DNA from: an uncultured Caulobacterales bacterium
GTDB taxonomy: Bacteria > Pseudomonadota > Alphaproteobacteria > Caulobacterales > Maricaulaceae
Direction: 5' to 3'
Length of the DNA stretch: 24,000 nucleotides
Assembly: GCA_964568975.1 (NCBI GenBank)
Contig: CAZMSO010000003.1
Location: 85,399-109,398, forward strand
In this document: one piece after another, positions 7,478 through 17,840 of the stretch
Numbering within the stretch: the first letter of the stretch is position 1
Layout: every line of letters begins with the position of its first letter
The notes under the pieces: generated by a model
Databases searched by the model: none
What the model was told of the DNA's origin: nothing
What the model saw: only the letters and a program-made list of their open reading frames with translations
Made by a program: the position numbers and the translations under genes

Positions 7478-8719
7478 ATGGTGGCGACACCACTGCGTTG
7501 CGTGACATTCGCCGGCCTCGCCGTCGCCGCCTTGGCAGGCTGTGACGCACCCCAAGACCCGAGCGGTTCCGGGGGTCCGGGCGGGCAAGCCGCGCCCGTG
7601 GGCGTGTCCACGCCGCTGACGCGCGACGTGATCGATTGGGACGAATACACCGGCCGCTTCGTCGCGGAGGAGGAGGTGGAGGTCCGCGCGCGGGTCTCCG
7701 GCTATCTCGAAGAGATTTATTTTGAAGACGGCCAGATGGTCGAGGCGGGCGACCGGCTGTTTCTGATCGACCCGCGTCCGTTTGAAGCCGCGTATGACGC
7801 GGCGGCGGCCAACGTGCTCGCCGCTGAGGCGCGGCTGCGCAACGCCCGGCGCGAGGCTGAACGCGGCGCGGAACTGGTGGAGCGGCGCGCCATTGCATCC
7901 GAAGAGTATGATAACCGCGTCACCATCCAGCTTGAGGCCCAAGCCGCGCTTGAAGCCGCCACAGCGCGCCGCCGCGCCGCGGAGCTCGACCGCGAATTCA
8001 CGCTGGTGACGGCGCCGATCGCCGGGCGCGTCAGCGACAACCGCGTCAGCGTCGGCAATTTGGTCAGCGGCGGCGCGGGCGCGACCTTGCTGACCACCGT
8101 CATCACCATGGATCCCATTTATCTCGAAGTGGAGGCCAGCGAAGCCCAATACCTGCGTTATGCGCGCTTGGGCATTGCCGGCGAGCGGCCGCGGGCGGAC
8201 GCCGCGCGCACGCCTGTGGGGATTCGCCTCGCGGATGAGGATGGCTGGCCCCATGAAGGCGTGATCGACTTTGTGGAGCCGCGTCTTGACGCCGCCACCA
8301 GCACCTTGCGCGGTCGGGCGGTCGTGGCCAATCCCGACGGCCTCTTCACGCCCGGCCTGTTCGCGCGCATGCGCATCCCCGGCTCAGCCCCCTATGAGGC
8401 GTTGGTCGTGCCGGATTCCGTCGTGCTGGCGGATCAAGCGGGACGCTTTGTCTGGGTGATGGGCGAAGACGCGCCGAGCCAGCGCTTTGTGGAGCTCGGC
8501 CCGCTGTTGGATGACGGCATGCGTGTGATTCGCGAGGGTTTGGCCGCGGATGATCGCGTGGTGGTGGAAGGCTTGCCGGCCATTCGCCCCGGAGCGCCGG
8601 TGGCGCCGTATGAGGCGCCGCTTGCGCCCGCGTCGGCGACGCACGCCGAGACGGGCGACGCCGACAGCGCGGCTGGCGCGCCGCCGGCCGCGGACGCCGC
8701 GGCTGAGGCGGGCGATTAG
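7478..8719 (+). CDS. Efflux RND transporter periplasmic adaptor subunit (membrane fusion protein), lipoprotein
   Basis: ATG 7478 is preceded by AAGGGGA. Lipobox LAGC in MVATPLRCVTFAGLAVAALAGCD. It has typical MFP features: VRARVSGYLEEIYFEDGQMVEAGDRLFLIDPRPFEA, a coiled-coil hairpin, and TLVTAPIAGRVS. There is an Ala/Asp-rich C-terminal tail. The stop is TAG at 8717-8719. Confidence 0.9.
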   Translation: MVATPLRCVTFAGLAVAALAGCDAPQDPSGSGGPGGQAAPVGVSTPLTRDVIDWDEYTGRFVAEEEVEVRARVSGYLEEIYFEDGQMVEAGDRLFLIDPRPFEAAYDAAAANVLAAEARLRNARREAERGAELVERRAIASEEYDNRVTIQLEAQAALEAATARRRAAELDREFTLVTAPIAGRVSDNRVSVGNLVSGGAGATLLTTVITMDPIYLEVEASEAQYLRYARLGIAGERPRADAARTPVGIRLADEDGWPHEGVIDFVEPRLDAATSTLRGRAVVANPDGLFTPGLFARMRIPGSAPYEALVVPDSVVLADQAGRFVWVMGEDAPSQRFVELGPLLDDGMRVIREGLAADDRVVVEGLPAIRPGAPVAPYEAPLAPASATHAETGDADSAAGAPPAADAAAEAGD

Positions 8720-8729
8720 GACGGCGGCC

Positions 8730-11700
8730 ATGCGCTTCACCCACCTCTTCATCGACCGGCCGATCCTGGCGAGCGTGGTGTGGGTGATCACCACGCTGAT
8801 CGGCGCGGTGGCGTATTTCACCCTGCCCGTCTCGCAATACCCCGAAGTCGCGCCGCCGACGATCCAAGTCGTGGCGACCTATCCGGGCGCGGACGCCGAA
8901 ACCGTGGCCGACACCGTCGCCACCCCCCTGGAGCAGGAAATCAATGGTGTGGAGGGCATGATTTACATGCTCTCTCAATCGACGGCGGACGGCTCGTTGA
9001 CGCTCACCGTGACGTTTGAGCTCGGCACGGATCTCGACACCGCCCAAGTGCTTGTGCAGAACCGGGTGACCGCGGCCGAAGCGCGGCTGCCCGAAGAAGT
9101 GCGTCGGCTTGGCGTCGTCACGCAGAAGAATTCGCCTGACTTGATGCTGGTCGCGCATGTGTATTCACCGGATGCGTCCCGCGACAGTCTTTATCTCTCT
9201 AACTATGTTAGCACGCAGATGCGTGATGAGCTGTCGCGCATTGAGGGCGTCGGCTCCGCCACGGTTTTCGGCGCCCGCGACTATTCCATGCGTGTGTGGA
9301 TCGACCCCACGCGCGCTGAGCGTTTCGGCCTCTCGGGCGGCGACATCGTCCAGGCGCTGCGGGGCCAAAATGTGCAAGTCGCCGCGGGTGCGTTGGACCG
9401 CCTGCCCGCGGCGGATCAGGGCGAGTATGAGATCAGCTTGCGCACCCAAGGCCGGCTGACCGCGCCGGAGGCCTTCGCCGACATTGTGATCGCGAGCGAT
9501 GACGAGGGCCGGCTGGTGCGCGTGCGCGATGTCGCGCGCGTGGAGCTTGGCGCTTTGGATTACTCGCTGAGCGCGTATCTCGACGACGCGCCGGCGGTGG
9601 CGGTTGGTATTTTCCAGCGTCCCGGCTCGAACGCGCTTGCGACCGCAGACGCCGTGCAGGAGACGCTCGCCCATTTGGGCGCGGCGTTTCCGGAGGGCGT
9701 GGCCTATGATATTATTTACAATCCGACAGAATATATCGCGGAGTCTATTCATGAAGTCCAAGTGACGATTTATGAGGCGGTGATTCTCGTCTGCCTGGTC
9801 ATCTTCATTTTCTTGCAAAGCTGGCGCGCCGCCATCATCCCGATCGTCGCCATTCCGATTTCGCTGATCACGACGTTCGCGGTGATGGCCGCCTTCGGTT
9901 TCTCGCTAAACAATCTCTCTTTGTTCGGCTTGGTTTTGGCGATCGGCATCGTCGTCGACGACGCCATCATCGTGGTCGAAAACATTGAGCGCTATATTGA
10001 GCAAGGCCTCTCGCCGCGCGAGGCCGCGCACAAAACGATGGACGAGGTGAGCGGCGCGCTGGTCGCGATGGGCCTCGTCCTGGTGGCGGTGTTCACGCCC
10101 ACTGCCTTTTTGGAAGGCATCACGGGCCAGTTTTATCGTCAGTTCGCGCTGACGATCGCCGCCGCCACGGTGGTGTCGGTGGTGGTGTCGCTGACCTTGT
10201 CGCCGGCGCTGTCGGCGCTTCTTCTCAAACCGAAAAGCGAGGATCGTCGCGGCCCCTTCGCCTGGCTCAGCGCGATCGGGCGCCGCTTCAATCGCGGTTT
10301 TGACGCCCTGGCGGGCGGTTATGCCGCCCTCACGCGCCGGCTGGTGCGTGTGAGTCTTCTGGCGGTGCTGGTCTATGCGGGCCTGCTCGCGCTGACGGGC
10401 TATCAGTTCCAGCGCACGCCTTCCGGCTTCATTCCGCCCCAAGACCAAGGCTATGCGATCACCGTGGTGCAATTGCCGCCCGGCGCGAGCATTTCGCGCA
10501 CCGACGAGGCGGTGCGGCGCATTATCCGCGACGGTTTGGACGTCGACAGCGTCGCTCACGCCGCGGGGTTCGCGGGCTTGGACGGAGCGACTTTCACCAC
10601 CGCCTCCAACGCTGGAGCGGTGTTCTTTACGTTTGATGACGCTGGCGCGCGGGCGACCACCGGGCGCAGCCAAGACGCGATTATGAATGATCTGCGCGCG
10701 CGCTTTCAGGCTTACTTGCGCGACAACATCAACGTTTTCGTCATCGCGCCGCCGCCCGTGCGCGGCATCGGCAACGCCGGCGGCTTCACTATGTATGTCC
10801 AAGACCGCGCTGGCCGCGGCTTGCCCGCACTTGAGCAAGCGGCGTGGTCCGTCGCCGGCCCCGCGAACTTCCAGCCGCAAACGCAAAACGCCTTCACTCT
10901 CTTCAACACCGCCACGCCCCAGATTTATGTCGACATCGACCGCACGCGCGCTGAGAAGCTGGGCATCGAGGTCGAGGCGGTCAATGAAGCGATCGAAGTC
11001 TATGTCGGCTCGGCGTATATTAATGATTTCAACTTCCTCGGCCGGACGTATCGGGTGACCGCCCAAGCCGACGCCGACCACCGCCGCACCATTGAGGATG
11101 TCGCACGGCTGCGCGCGCGCACCGCCTCCGGCGCGATGGCGCCGATCGGCTCTGTGGCGCGCTTCTCCGAAACGGCCGGGCCGACGCGGGTGGCGCGCTT
11201 TAACCTCTACCCCGCCGCGCTCGTCCAGGGCGACGCCGCGCCAGGGGTCTCAACGGGTCAAGCCCTCGACGCGATGGAGGCGTTGGCGCAGGCCAAGTTG
11301 CCGGTGGGCTTCAGCTATGCGTGGACGGATCTGTCGTACCAGCAGCGCGCGGCCCAAATCAGCGCGCTGGCGGTGTTTGCTTTGGCGGTCGTGTTCGTGT
11401 TCCTGGTGCTTGCGGGTCAGTATGAAAGCTGGATGCTGCCGCTCGCGATCATTTTGATTGTGCCGATGTGCTTGCTCTCGGCGGTGACGGGCGTGTTGCT
11501 GCGGGCCTTAGACAACAACTTGCTCACTCAAATCGGATTTGTGGTGTTGATTGGGCTCGCCTCAAAGAATGCGATTTTGATCGTGGAGTTCGCCCGCCAA
11601 GCCGAGCAAGAGGGGATGGATCGGTTTGCGGCCGCGGCCCACGCCGCGCGTTTACGCTTGCGCCCGATCCTTATGACGTCGTTTGCGTTCATTTTGGGCG

Positions 11701-11906
11701 TCGTGCCCCTCGTGATCGCGACGGGCTCGGGCGCGGAGCTGCGCCAAGCGCTTGGAACGGCGGTGTTCTCCGGCATGTTGGGGGTGACGGTGTTCGGGCT
11801 GATCTTCACACCCGTCTTTTACGTGGTGTGCCGTGCGCCCGGCGCATGGCGCGACGCGCGCGCGGCGCGACGCCGAACGCCCGCCGACGCCGCGCCGGCT
11901 GAATGA
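8730..11906 (+). CDS. Efflux RND transporter permease subunit (AcrB/HAE1-type)
   Basis: ATG 8730 (MRFTHLFIDRPILASVVWVITTLIGAVAYFTLPVSQYPEVAPPTIQV...) lies 10 nt after the adaptor stop. It is 1058 aa with 12-TM architecture and conserved VVDDAIIVVENIER and LASKNAILIVEFA motifs. The track ORF start at 8550 is an alternate-frame overlap with the adaptor and is not used. Confidence 0.95.
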   Translation: MRFTHLFIDRPILASVVWVITTLIGAVAYFTLPVSQYPEVAPPTIQVVATYPGADAETVADTVATPLEQEINGVEGMIYMLSQSTADGSLTLTVTFELGTDLDTAQVLVQNRVTAAEARLPEEVRRLGVVTQKNSPDLMLVAHVYSPDASRDSLYLSNYVSTQMRDELSRIEGVGSATVFGARDYSMRVWIDPTRAERFGLSGGDIVQALRGQNVQVAAGALDRLPAADQGEYEISLRTQGRLTAPEAFADIVIASDDEGRLVRVRDVARVELGALDYSLSAYLDDAPAVAVGIFQRPGSNALATADAVQETLAHLGAAFPEGVAYDIIYNPTEYIAESIHEVQVTIYEAVILVCLVIFIFLQSWRAAIIPIVAIPISLITTFAVMAAFGFSLNNLSLFGLVLAIGIVVDDAIIVVENIERYIEQGLSPREAAHKTMDEVSGALVAMGLVLVAVFTPTAFLEGITGQFYRQFALTIAAATVVSVVVSLTLSPALSALLLKPKSEDRRGPFAWLSAIGRRFNRGFDALAGGYAALTRRLVRVSLLAVLVYAGLLALTGYQFQRTPSGFIPPQDQGYAITVVQLPPGASISRTDEAVRRIIRDGLDVDSVAHAAGFAGLDGATFTTASNAGAVFFTFDDAGARATTGRSQDAIMNDLRARFQAYLRDNINVFVIAPPPVRGIGNAGGFTMYVQDRAGRGLPALEQAAWSVAGPANFQPQTQNAFTLFNTATPQIYVDIDRTRAEKLGIEVEAVNEAIEVYVGSAYINDFNFLGRTYRVTAQADADHRRTIEDVARLRARTASGAMAPIGSVARFSETAGPTRVARFNLYPAALVQGDAAPGVSTGQALDAMEALAQAKLPVGFSYAWTDLSYQQRAAQISALAVFALAVVFVFLVLAGQYESWMLPLAIILIVPMCLLSAVTGVLLRALDNNLLTQIGFVVLIGLASKNAILIVEFARQAEQEGMDRFAAAAHAARLRLRPILMTSFAFILGVVPLVIATGSGAELRQALGTAVFSGMLGVTVFGLIFTPVFYVVCRAPGAWRDARAARRRTPADAAPAE

Positions 11907-11972
11907 GCGCTGAGGCGGGCGCGAGCGCGCTCCCCTTGAGCCGCCGCCGCGCGCGCGGCTAGACACAGCGTC

Positions 11973-12665
11973 ATGGCCACCCTGCGCCCCGAACCCACAT
12001 ACACTCTCGTGCGCAGTCGCCGGCGCACCGTGGGCATCACTGTGCGGCGCGACGGCGCTGTCCAGGTCCGCGCGCCGCTGCGGGCGCCGGAGGCGCTTAT
12101 CCAGCGCGTGGTCGCGGAGAAGGCGGGCTGGATCGCCAAAAAGCAAAACGAGTTCGCCGCCCTCGGCGTTCCCAGCGCGCCAAAGCGCCACGTCGCGGGT
12201 GAAGAGCATCTCTATCTCGGGACCGCTTATCCCCTGGCGCTCACCGCCAGCGCGCGCGAGGACGCGGCTCTGCGCGCTGGCGCGCTCCACATCGCCACGC
12301 CCGACCCTAACGACCGCGAGCGGGTGCGCATCCTCTTGCGCCGCTGGTATCGCCGCCGCGCCAGCGTGGACTTAGCCGAGCGCTTCACTGCGCATCTGCC
12401 GCTGGCGGACCGTCTCGGCGTCCCGCGGCCCCACCTTGTGCTGCGCGACATGACACGCAGCTGGGGCAATTGCCGCCAAAGCGGGCGCATCACCCTCAAC
12501 CGCGACCTCGTGCGCGCGCCGGTGGGATGCATCGACGCCGTCATCGCCCACGAATTCTGCCACTTAGTCCACGCCGACCACAGTCGGCGCTTCTACGCCC
12601 TGTTGGACCAGGCCGCGCCCGATTGGCGCGCACGCCAGGCGGAGTTGGAGCGCCTGCTGGCGTGA
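11973..12665 (+). CDS. YgjP-like (DUF45 / M48-type) zinc metallopeptidase-fold protein
   Basis: 230 aa. It shows the typical family layout: N-terminal ...RRRTVGITVRRDGAVQVRAP, WGNCRQSGRITLNRDLV, and the HExxH motif HEFCHLVHADHSRRFY. Confidence 0.8.
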   Translation: MATLRPEPTYTLVRSRRRTVGITVRRDGAVQVRAPLRAPEALIQRVVAEKAGWIAKKQNEFAALGVPSAPKRHVAGEEHLYLGTAYPLALTASAREDAALRAGALHIATPDPNDRERVRILLRRWYRRRASVDLAERFTAHLPLADRLGVPRPHLVLRDMTRSWGNCRQSGRITLNRDLVRAPVGCIDAVIAHEFCHLVHADHSRRFYALLDQAAPDWRARQAELERLLA

Positions 12666-12694
12666 CGCGCCGGGCTGCGCCGGCGCACGCGTCA
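12663..12694. terminator. Palindrome spanning both stop codons of the convergent YgjP-like and methyltransferase genes (bidirectional terminator candidate)
   Basis: The sequence is TGACGCGCCGGGCTGCGCCGGCGCACGCGTCA. The outer arms are TGACGCG and CGCGTCA. An alternative inner 7-bp GC stem pairs GCGCCGG (12667-12673) with CCGGCGC (12680-12686) around a 6-nt loop. There is no U-tract. Confidence 0.35.
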
Positions 12695-13756
12695 GCCGCG
12701 CGCTTCCAGCACCATGTTGAACGGCGTCTCCGTCGCGCGGCGCACCTGGCCAAAGCCGCCGGACGTTATCACCTCCGTCAGCACTTCCTGCCCCGCTTGC
12801 GCGCCCAGGCCCTCGCCCACTTCTTGATCAAGGGAGGTCGGCACGCAAATCATCGTAGAGGCGTTGTAGTACAGGCGGCCGACGGGATTGAGATTGTCGG
12901 CGGGCTGATCACCGGCGATCGGCTCAACAATCATCCACACGCCGTCATCTTTCAAAATCTTGCGCATATGGGCGGAGCATCCACGCGGATCGCCCATGTC
13001 ATGCAGGCAGTCAAATGTGGTGATCAGGTCGAAATCGCCCTCGCGGATTTCTTTCGCTTGGGCGACGTCAAAGCGCACGCGGTCACCCACGCCGTGATCC
13101 TCGGCATGGCCGCGGGCGGCCTCGATGGAGGCCTCGTGGAAGTCGAAGCCGATGAATGTGCTGTCGGGGAACGCCTTCGCCATCAAAATCGTCGAGAAGC
13201 CGACTCCGCAGCCGACATCGGCGACTTTCGCGCCGGCGTGAAGTTTGGCCTCGACGCCGTCCAAGGCGGGCAACCAATTCTGGACGATGTTGTTCACATA
13301 GCCGGGGCGGAAAAACGCGCCCACCGCACAGAACAAGCAGCCCGCGCTGTCGCCCCAGCGCACGCCATGGCCGGTGCGAAAGGCGTGTTCGACTTTGTCT
13401 TGGCCCTCAATCATCGCCGCGGCGACGTCAAACGCGTTCGCCAAATAGACGGGGCTGTCCTTGATCCCAAACACCATCGCCTGCTCCGGCGAGAGGGCGA
13501 AGGTTTCCGCGGCGGGATCATAGGTGACATAGCCGTTGGCGGCTTGGGCGAGACACCATTCACGCACATAGCGCGGCGCAAGGCCGCCGGCCGTCTGCGC
13601 CAACGCCTCAGCCGTAAGCGGGCCATGGGCGTGAATGGCGTCGAACAGGCCGAGCTTCACCCCAAGGCGCACCGTTGCGACACTGTTGGCGCCGCCCAAA
13701 TCGCCCAACATTTTGCCGATAAACGCATTGAGCGTGTCTTCGTTGACGTCTGTCAT
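12692..13756 (-). CDS. Class I SAM-dependent methyltransferase with an N-terminal winged-helix-like region (Rv2258c-like architecture)
   Basis: ATG 13756 is preceded by GGGGAGGA. N-terminus MTDVNEDTLNAFIGKMLGDLGG...LGLFDA...LTAEALA...RYVREW. SAM motif I is VADVGCGVGFSTILMA, followed by FDLITTFDCLHDM. The antisense 473-aa ORF (12470-13891 +) is rejected. Confidence 0.8.
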   Translation of the reverse strand: MTDVNEDTLNAFIGKMLGDLGGANSVATVRLGVKLGLFDAIHAHGPLTAEALAQTAGGLAPRYVREWCLAQAANGYVTYDPAAETFALSPEQAMVFGIKDSPVYLANAFDVAAAMIEGQDKVEHAFRTGHGVRWGDSAGCLFCAVGAFFRPGYVNNIVQNWLPALDGVEAKLHAGAKVADVGCGVGFSTILMAKAFPDSTFIGFDFHEASIEAARGHAEDHGVGDRVRFDVAQAKEIREGDFDLITTFDCLHDMGDPRGCSAHMRKILKDDGVWMIVEPIAGDQPADNLNPVGRLYYNASTMICVPTSLDQEVGEGLGAQAGQEVLTEVITSGGFGQVRRATETPFNMVLEARG

Positions 13757-13874
13757 AGCGGTCCTCCCCTGATACGCGACGCGCGACACCCGCGCCCACG
13801 ATGGCGCCAAGCCTTTCCTTTCGCGACATTTTTTTGGCGAGCAGGGTGCGGACGCCGCCGCCCACGCGGCGTGA

Positions 13875-14981
<1,107 letters not shown>

Positions 14982-15013
14982 CCGCCGCGGCGCCGCGCGC
15001 GCGGTGACCCCTG

Positions 15014-15631
15014 ATGGCGCTCACGTCTGAATTCACGCCGCCGGGTCTGCGCATCGGGATTTTCGGCGGCTCTTTCGATCCGCCCCATGACGGGCACCTC
15101 CATGTCGCGCGCACGGCCTTGATCCGGCTTGAGCTCGATCGTGTGTGGTGGCTGGTCTCGCCGCAAAACCCGCTGAAACCAAAAGGGTCTGCGGACGATC
15201 ACGCCGCGCGCCTGGCCGCGACGCGCCGGCTCGCCGGCGAACCGCGCATGGTCGTGACGGACATTGAGGCGCGCTTGGGCGCTCAATACACCGCCGACAC
15301 CTTGGCGGCGTTGCGCGCGCGGCTGCCTCAGGCGCGGCTGGTGTGGATTATGGGCGGCGACAATTTGGCGAGCTTTCATCGGTGGCGGGGCTGGCGCTCG
15401 ATTATGGAGACGACGCCGATCGCGGTGGTCGCGCGCCCGCACGCTGAGCCCCCGCGCACGCTCGCGCGCGCGACGCTGTCGCCGGCCGCCCGCGCTTACG
15501 CCCGCGCCCGACGCCGCGACCATGAGGCGAAGCGCCTGGTTGAACTCGCCCCGCCGGCATGGGTATACCTGACTGCGAGGCTCAACTCCGCCTCCTCGAC
15601 GGAGCTGCGCGCCCGCTTGGGCCGCGCGTGA
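15014..15631 (+). CDS. nadD: Nicotinate-nucleotide adenylyltransferase
   Basis: 205 aa. The nucleotidyltransferase motif is IGIFGGSFDPPHDGHLHVA, followed by WWLVSPQNPLK and SSTELR near the C-terminus. Confidence 0.9.
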   Translation: MALTSEFTPPGLRIGIFGGSFDPPHDGHLHVARTALIRLELDRVWWLVSPQNPLKPKGSADDHAARLAATRRLAGEPRMVVTDIEARLGAQYTADTLAALRARLPQARLVWIMGGDNLASFHRWRGWRSIMETTPIAVVARPHAEPPRTLARATLSPAARAYARARRRDHEAKRLVELAPPAWVYLTARLNSASSTELRARLGRA

Positions 15632-15669
15632 TTCCTTAACTCCCCCAAAGAAATTCCAAAGGTCGTTTT

Positions 15670-16671
15670 ATGTCTTCACTGCACGCCTCACGCGTGACTG
15701 CGCCCGCACATGCGTTGTCATTTTTCGTCGATCACGAGCCCAGCTTAGGCGATTTTCGCGCCGATATGCTGGAGGCGCTGAGCCAAACGCCGAAGCACAC
15801 CTCGCCGAAATACCTCTATGACGAGGCGGGTTCGGCCTTGTTCGACGCCATTTGCGCGGCGCCGGAATATTACCCCACGCGCACTGAGATCGGAATTTTG
15901 CGCGAGACCGCCGGCGCGATCGCCGACGCCGCCGGTCCCGACGCCGCCGTGATTGAACCAGGCTCTGGCTCAAGCGTGAAGATCCGGCTCTTGCTCGACG
16001 CGCTGGAGCGCCCCGCTCTTTATGTCGCCCAAGACATCAGCCGCGAGCACCTCTTGCGCGCGGCTGAGACCATTGCCGCGGCTTATCCGGGCCTTGAGGT
16101 CGGCGCGGTGTGCGGCGACTTCACGCTGCCCATGGGCCTGAAGGATCACCATTTCCGCGACGCCAAGCGGCGTTTGATTTTCTTTCCGGGCTCAACCATC
16201 GGCAATTTCGAGCCCGAGGCCGCGCGCGCCGTGCTCGCCGCGGCGCGCACTCTCGCGCGTCCCGACGATCTGCTCGTGCTCGGGGCCGATCTCAAGAAGG
16301 ACCCCGCCCGGCTCGAGGCGGCCTATGACGACGCCGGCGGCGTCACCGCGGAGTTTAATCTCAATCTGCTCACCCGCATCAATCGCGAGCTTGACGGCGA
16401 CATGGATCGGGCGGCGTTCCGCCACCGCGCGCGCTACAACCAGGAGCACGCGCGGGTGGAGATGCACTTAGAAAGCCTGCGCGATCAGACGTTCCGCGTG
16501 GCGGGCCGCGCCTTTGAAATGACGGCGGGGGAAACCATCCACACCGAAAACTCTTACAAGTTCGACGAAGAGAGCCTGCGCGCCCTCGGCGCGTCGGCGG
16601 GCTTCGCCCATCGCACCACGTGGACTGACGCGGAGGCGCTCTTCAGCGTGTCGTTGTTCGCAGCCGTTTAG
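15670..16671 (+). CDS. egtD: EgtD-family L-histidine N-alpha-methyltransferase-like protein (Methyltransf_33)
   Basis: 333 aa. Family hallmarks recalled from mycobacterial EgtD are PKYLYDEAGSALFDAICAAPEYYPTRTE, EPGSGSS, AVCGDF, FFPGSTIGNF, YDDAGGVTAEFNLNLLTRINREL, IHTENSYKF and LFSVSLFAA. Confidence 0.82.
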   Translation: MSSLHASRVTAPAHALSFFVDHEPSLGDFRADMLEALSQTPKHTSPKYLYDEAGSALFDAICAAPEYYPTRTEIGILRETAGAIADAAGPDAAVIEPGSGSSVKIRLLLDALERPALYVAQDISREHLLRAAETIAAAYPGLEVGAVCGDFTLPMGLKDHHFRDAKRRLIFFPGSTIGNFEPEAARAVLAAARTLARPDDLLVLGADLKKDPARLEAAYDDAGGVTAEFNLNLLTRINRELDGDMDRAAFRHRARYNQEHARVEMHLESLRDQTFRVAGRAFEMTAGETIHTENSYKFDEESLRALGASAGFAHRTTWTDAEALFSVSLFAAV

Positions 16672-16729
16672 GCCCCAAGCGGCGGCGACAGCGTCCCGCG
16701 GCCGGGGACGTGACGACCGGACCCGACGC

Positions 16730-17203
16730 ATGCTAGCGTTTGGTCGTTGTTTGGCGCATGGGAGGAACATCGCTCTGACCGCCGTCTCTTCGGCCCCAGG
16801 CCCTTCGGCTGCGTCGACCTCGCCGTCGACCACGCCCTCCGATGATCGCGGGGACGCCCCTGTGGCGGCGTTGCGCGGCGCCGTCCTCGCCAGCCTTGAC
16901 GATGACAAAGCTGTGGACGTGGTGGAGATCGACCTCGCCGGCAAATCCTCGGTGACGGACGTGATGATCATCGCCAGCGGCCGCTCCCAGCGGCATGTCG
17001 GCGCCATCGCCGATCATGTGTTGCGGCGCTTGAAGGACGCAGGGGTCAAGAACGTACGCGTGGAGGGCCTTGCGGCCGCTGATTGGGTGCTGATCGACGC
17101 CGGCGATGTCGTCGTGCATTTGTTTCGCCCGGAAGTGCGGGAGTTCTACAATCTTGAGCGCTTGTGGGAGGCTGAAGCTGATTCCGCACGCGCCACGGGC
17201 TGA
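16730..17203 (+). CDS. rsfS: Ribosome silencing factor RsfS (iojap family)
   Basis: The core DDKAVDVVEIDLAGKSSVTDVMIIASGRSQRHVGAIADHV...DWVLIDAGDVVVHLFRPEVREFYNLERLW is classic RsfS. The start is uncertain. ATG 16730 has no SD. A strong GGGAGGA (16760-16766) precedes only in-frame ATC 16769 and CTG 16775. The N-terminal ~45 aa are Ser/Pro/Ala-rich. Confidence 0.85.
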   Translation: MLAFGRCLAHGRNIALTAVSSAPGPSAASTSPSTTPSDDRGDAPVAALRGAVLASLDDDKAVDVVEIDLAGKSSVTDVMIIASGRSQRHVGAIADHVLRRLKDAGVKNVRVEGLAAADWVLIDAGDVVVHLFRPEVREFYNLERLWEAEADSARATG

Positions 17204-17227
17204 TGCGACCGCCCCGGCGCCGCGCTC

Positions 17228-17692
17228 GTGCGCGTGACGCTCATCGCAGTCGGCAAACTGCGCGCGGGTCCTGAACGCACCTTGACTGATGACTACCTCC
17301 AACGCGCTGCGGCTTTAGCGCGTTCGGCGGGCTTGCGCGGGGTGTCGCAGCGCGCGCTCACAGCGGGCGATGACCGCGCCTCCGCAAGCGCGGCCCTAGC
17401 GGGGGCGTGCGCGGCTGGTGCGAAGACCATCCTTCTGGACGAGCGCGGCGAGGGTCTGTCCTCGCGCGATGTCGCCGCCCTGCTGGCCCGTTGGCGCGAC
17501 GAGGGCGTTCCCGAGACGGCGCTGCTGATCGGCGGGGCGGACGGGGTTGAGGAGACCTTACGCCAGAGCGCTGACCGCCTTGTCAGTTTCGGCCGCGCCA
17601 CCTGGCCCCACAATCTCGTGCGCGTCATGGCTGCAGAACAAATCTACCGCGCTTGCACCTTGTTAACACACGTCCCCTACCACAGGGATTAA
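17228..17692 (+). CDS. rlmH: 23S rRNA (pseudouridine1915-N3)-methyltransferase
   Basis: GTG start. MRVTLIAVGKLRAGPE...ILLDERGEGLSSRDVAALL...ALLIGGADGV...SFGRATWPHNLVRVMAAEQIYRA..LL...PYHR, the SPOUT RlmH signature. Confidence 0.9.
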   Translation: MRVTLIAVGKLRAGPERTLTDDYLQRAAALARSAGLRGVSQRALTAGDDRASASAALAGACAAGAKTILLDERGEGLSSRDVAALLARWRDEGVPETALLIGGADGVEETLRQSADRLVSFGRATWPHNLVRVMAAEQIYRACTLLTHVPYHRD

Positions 17693-17840
17693 CGCGGGGA
17701 CGGATGGAACGCCGGCTGAGCGCCCCTCGTCGGGACGGGGGCGAACGCTGGGATGCGCGCCGTAAGATCCACGCACACTGCACAGGCTTTGCGGGAGAAT
17801 CACCGGACAGTGTTCCGGGATGCCTGCGACTTTGGGGGAT

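Noticed and set aside
9906-11081. 391-aa minus-strand ORF inside the RND permease gene, along with 9165-9818, 8346-9158 and 7475-8254 on the minus strand
   Set aside because: All are antisense to unmistakable RND adaptor or permease coding sequence. Their composition is Arg/Gly/Ala/Asp-rich with no motifs.
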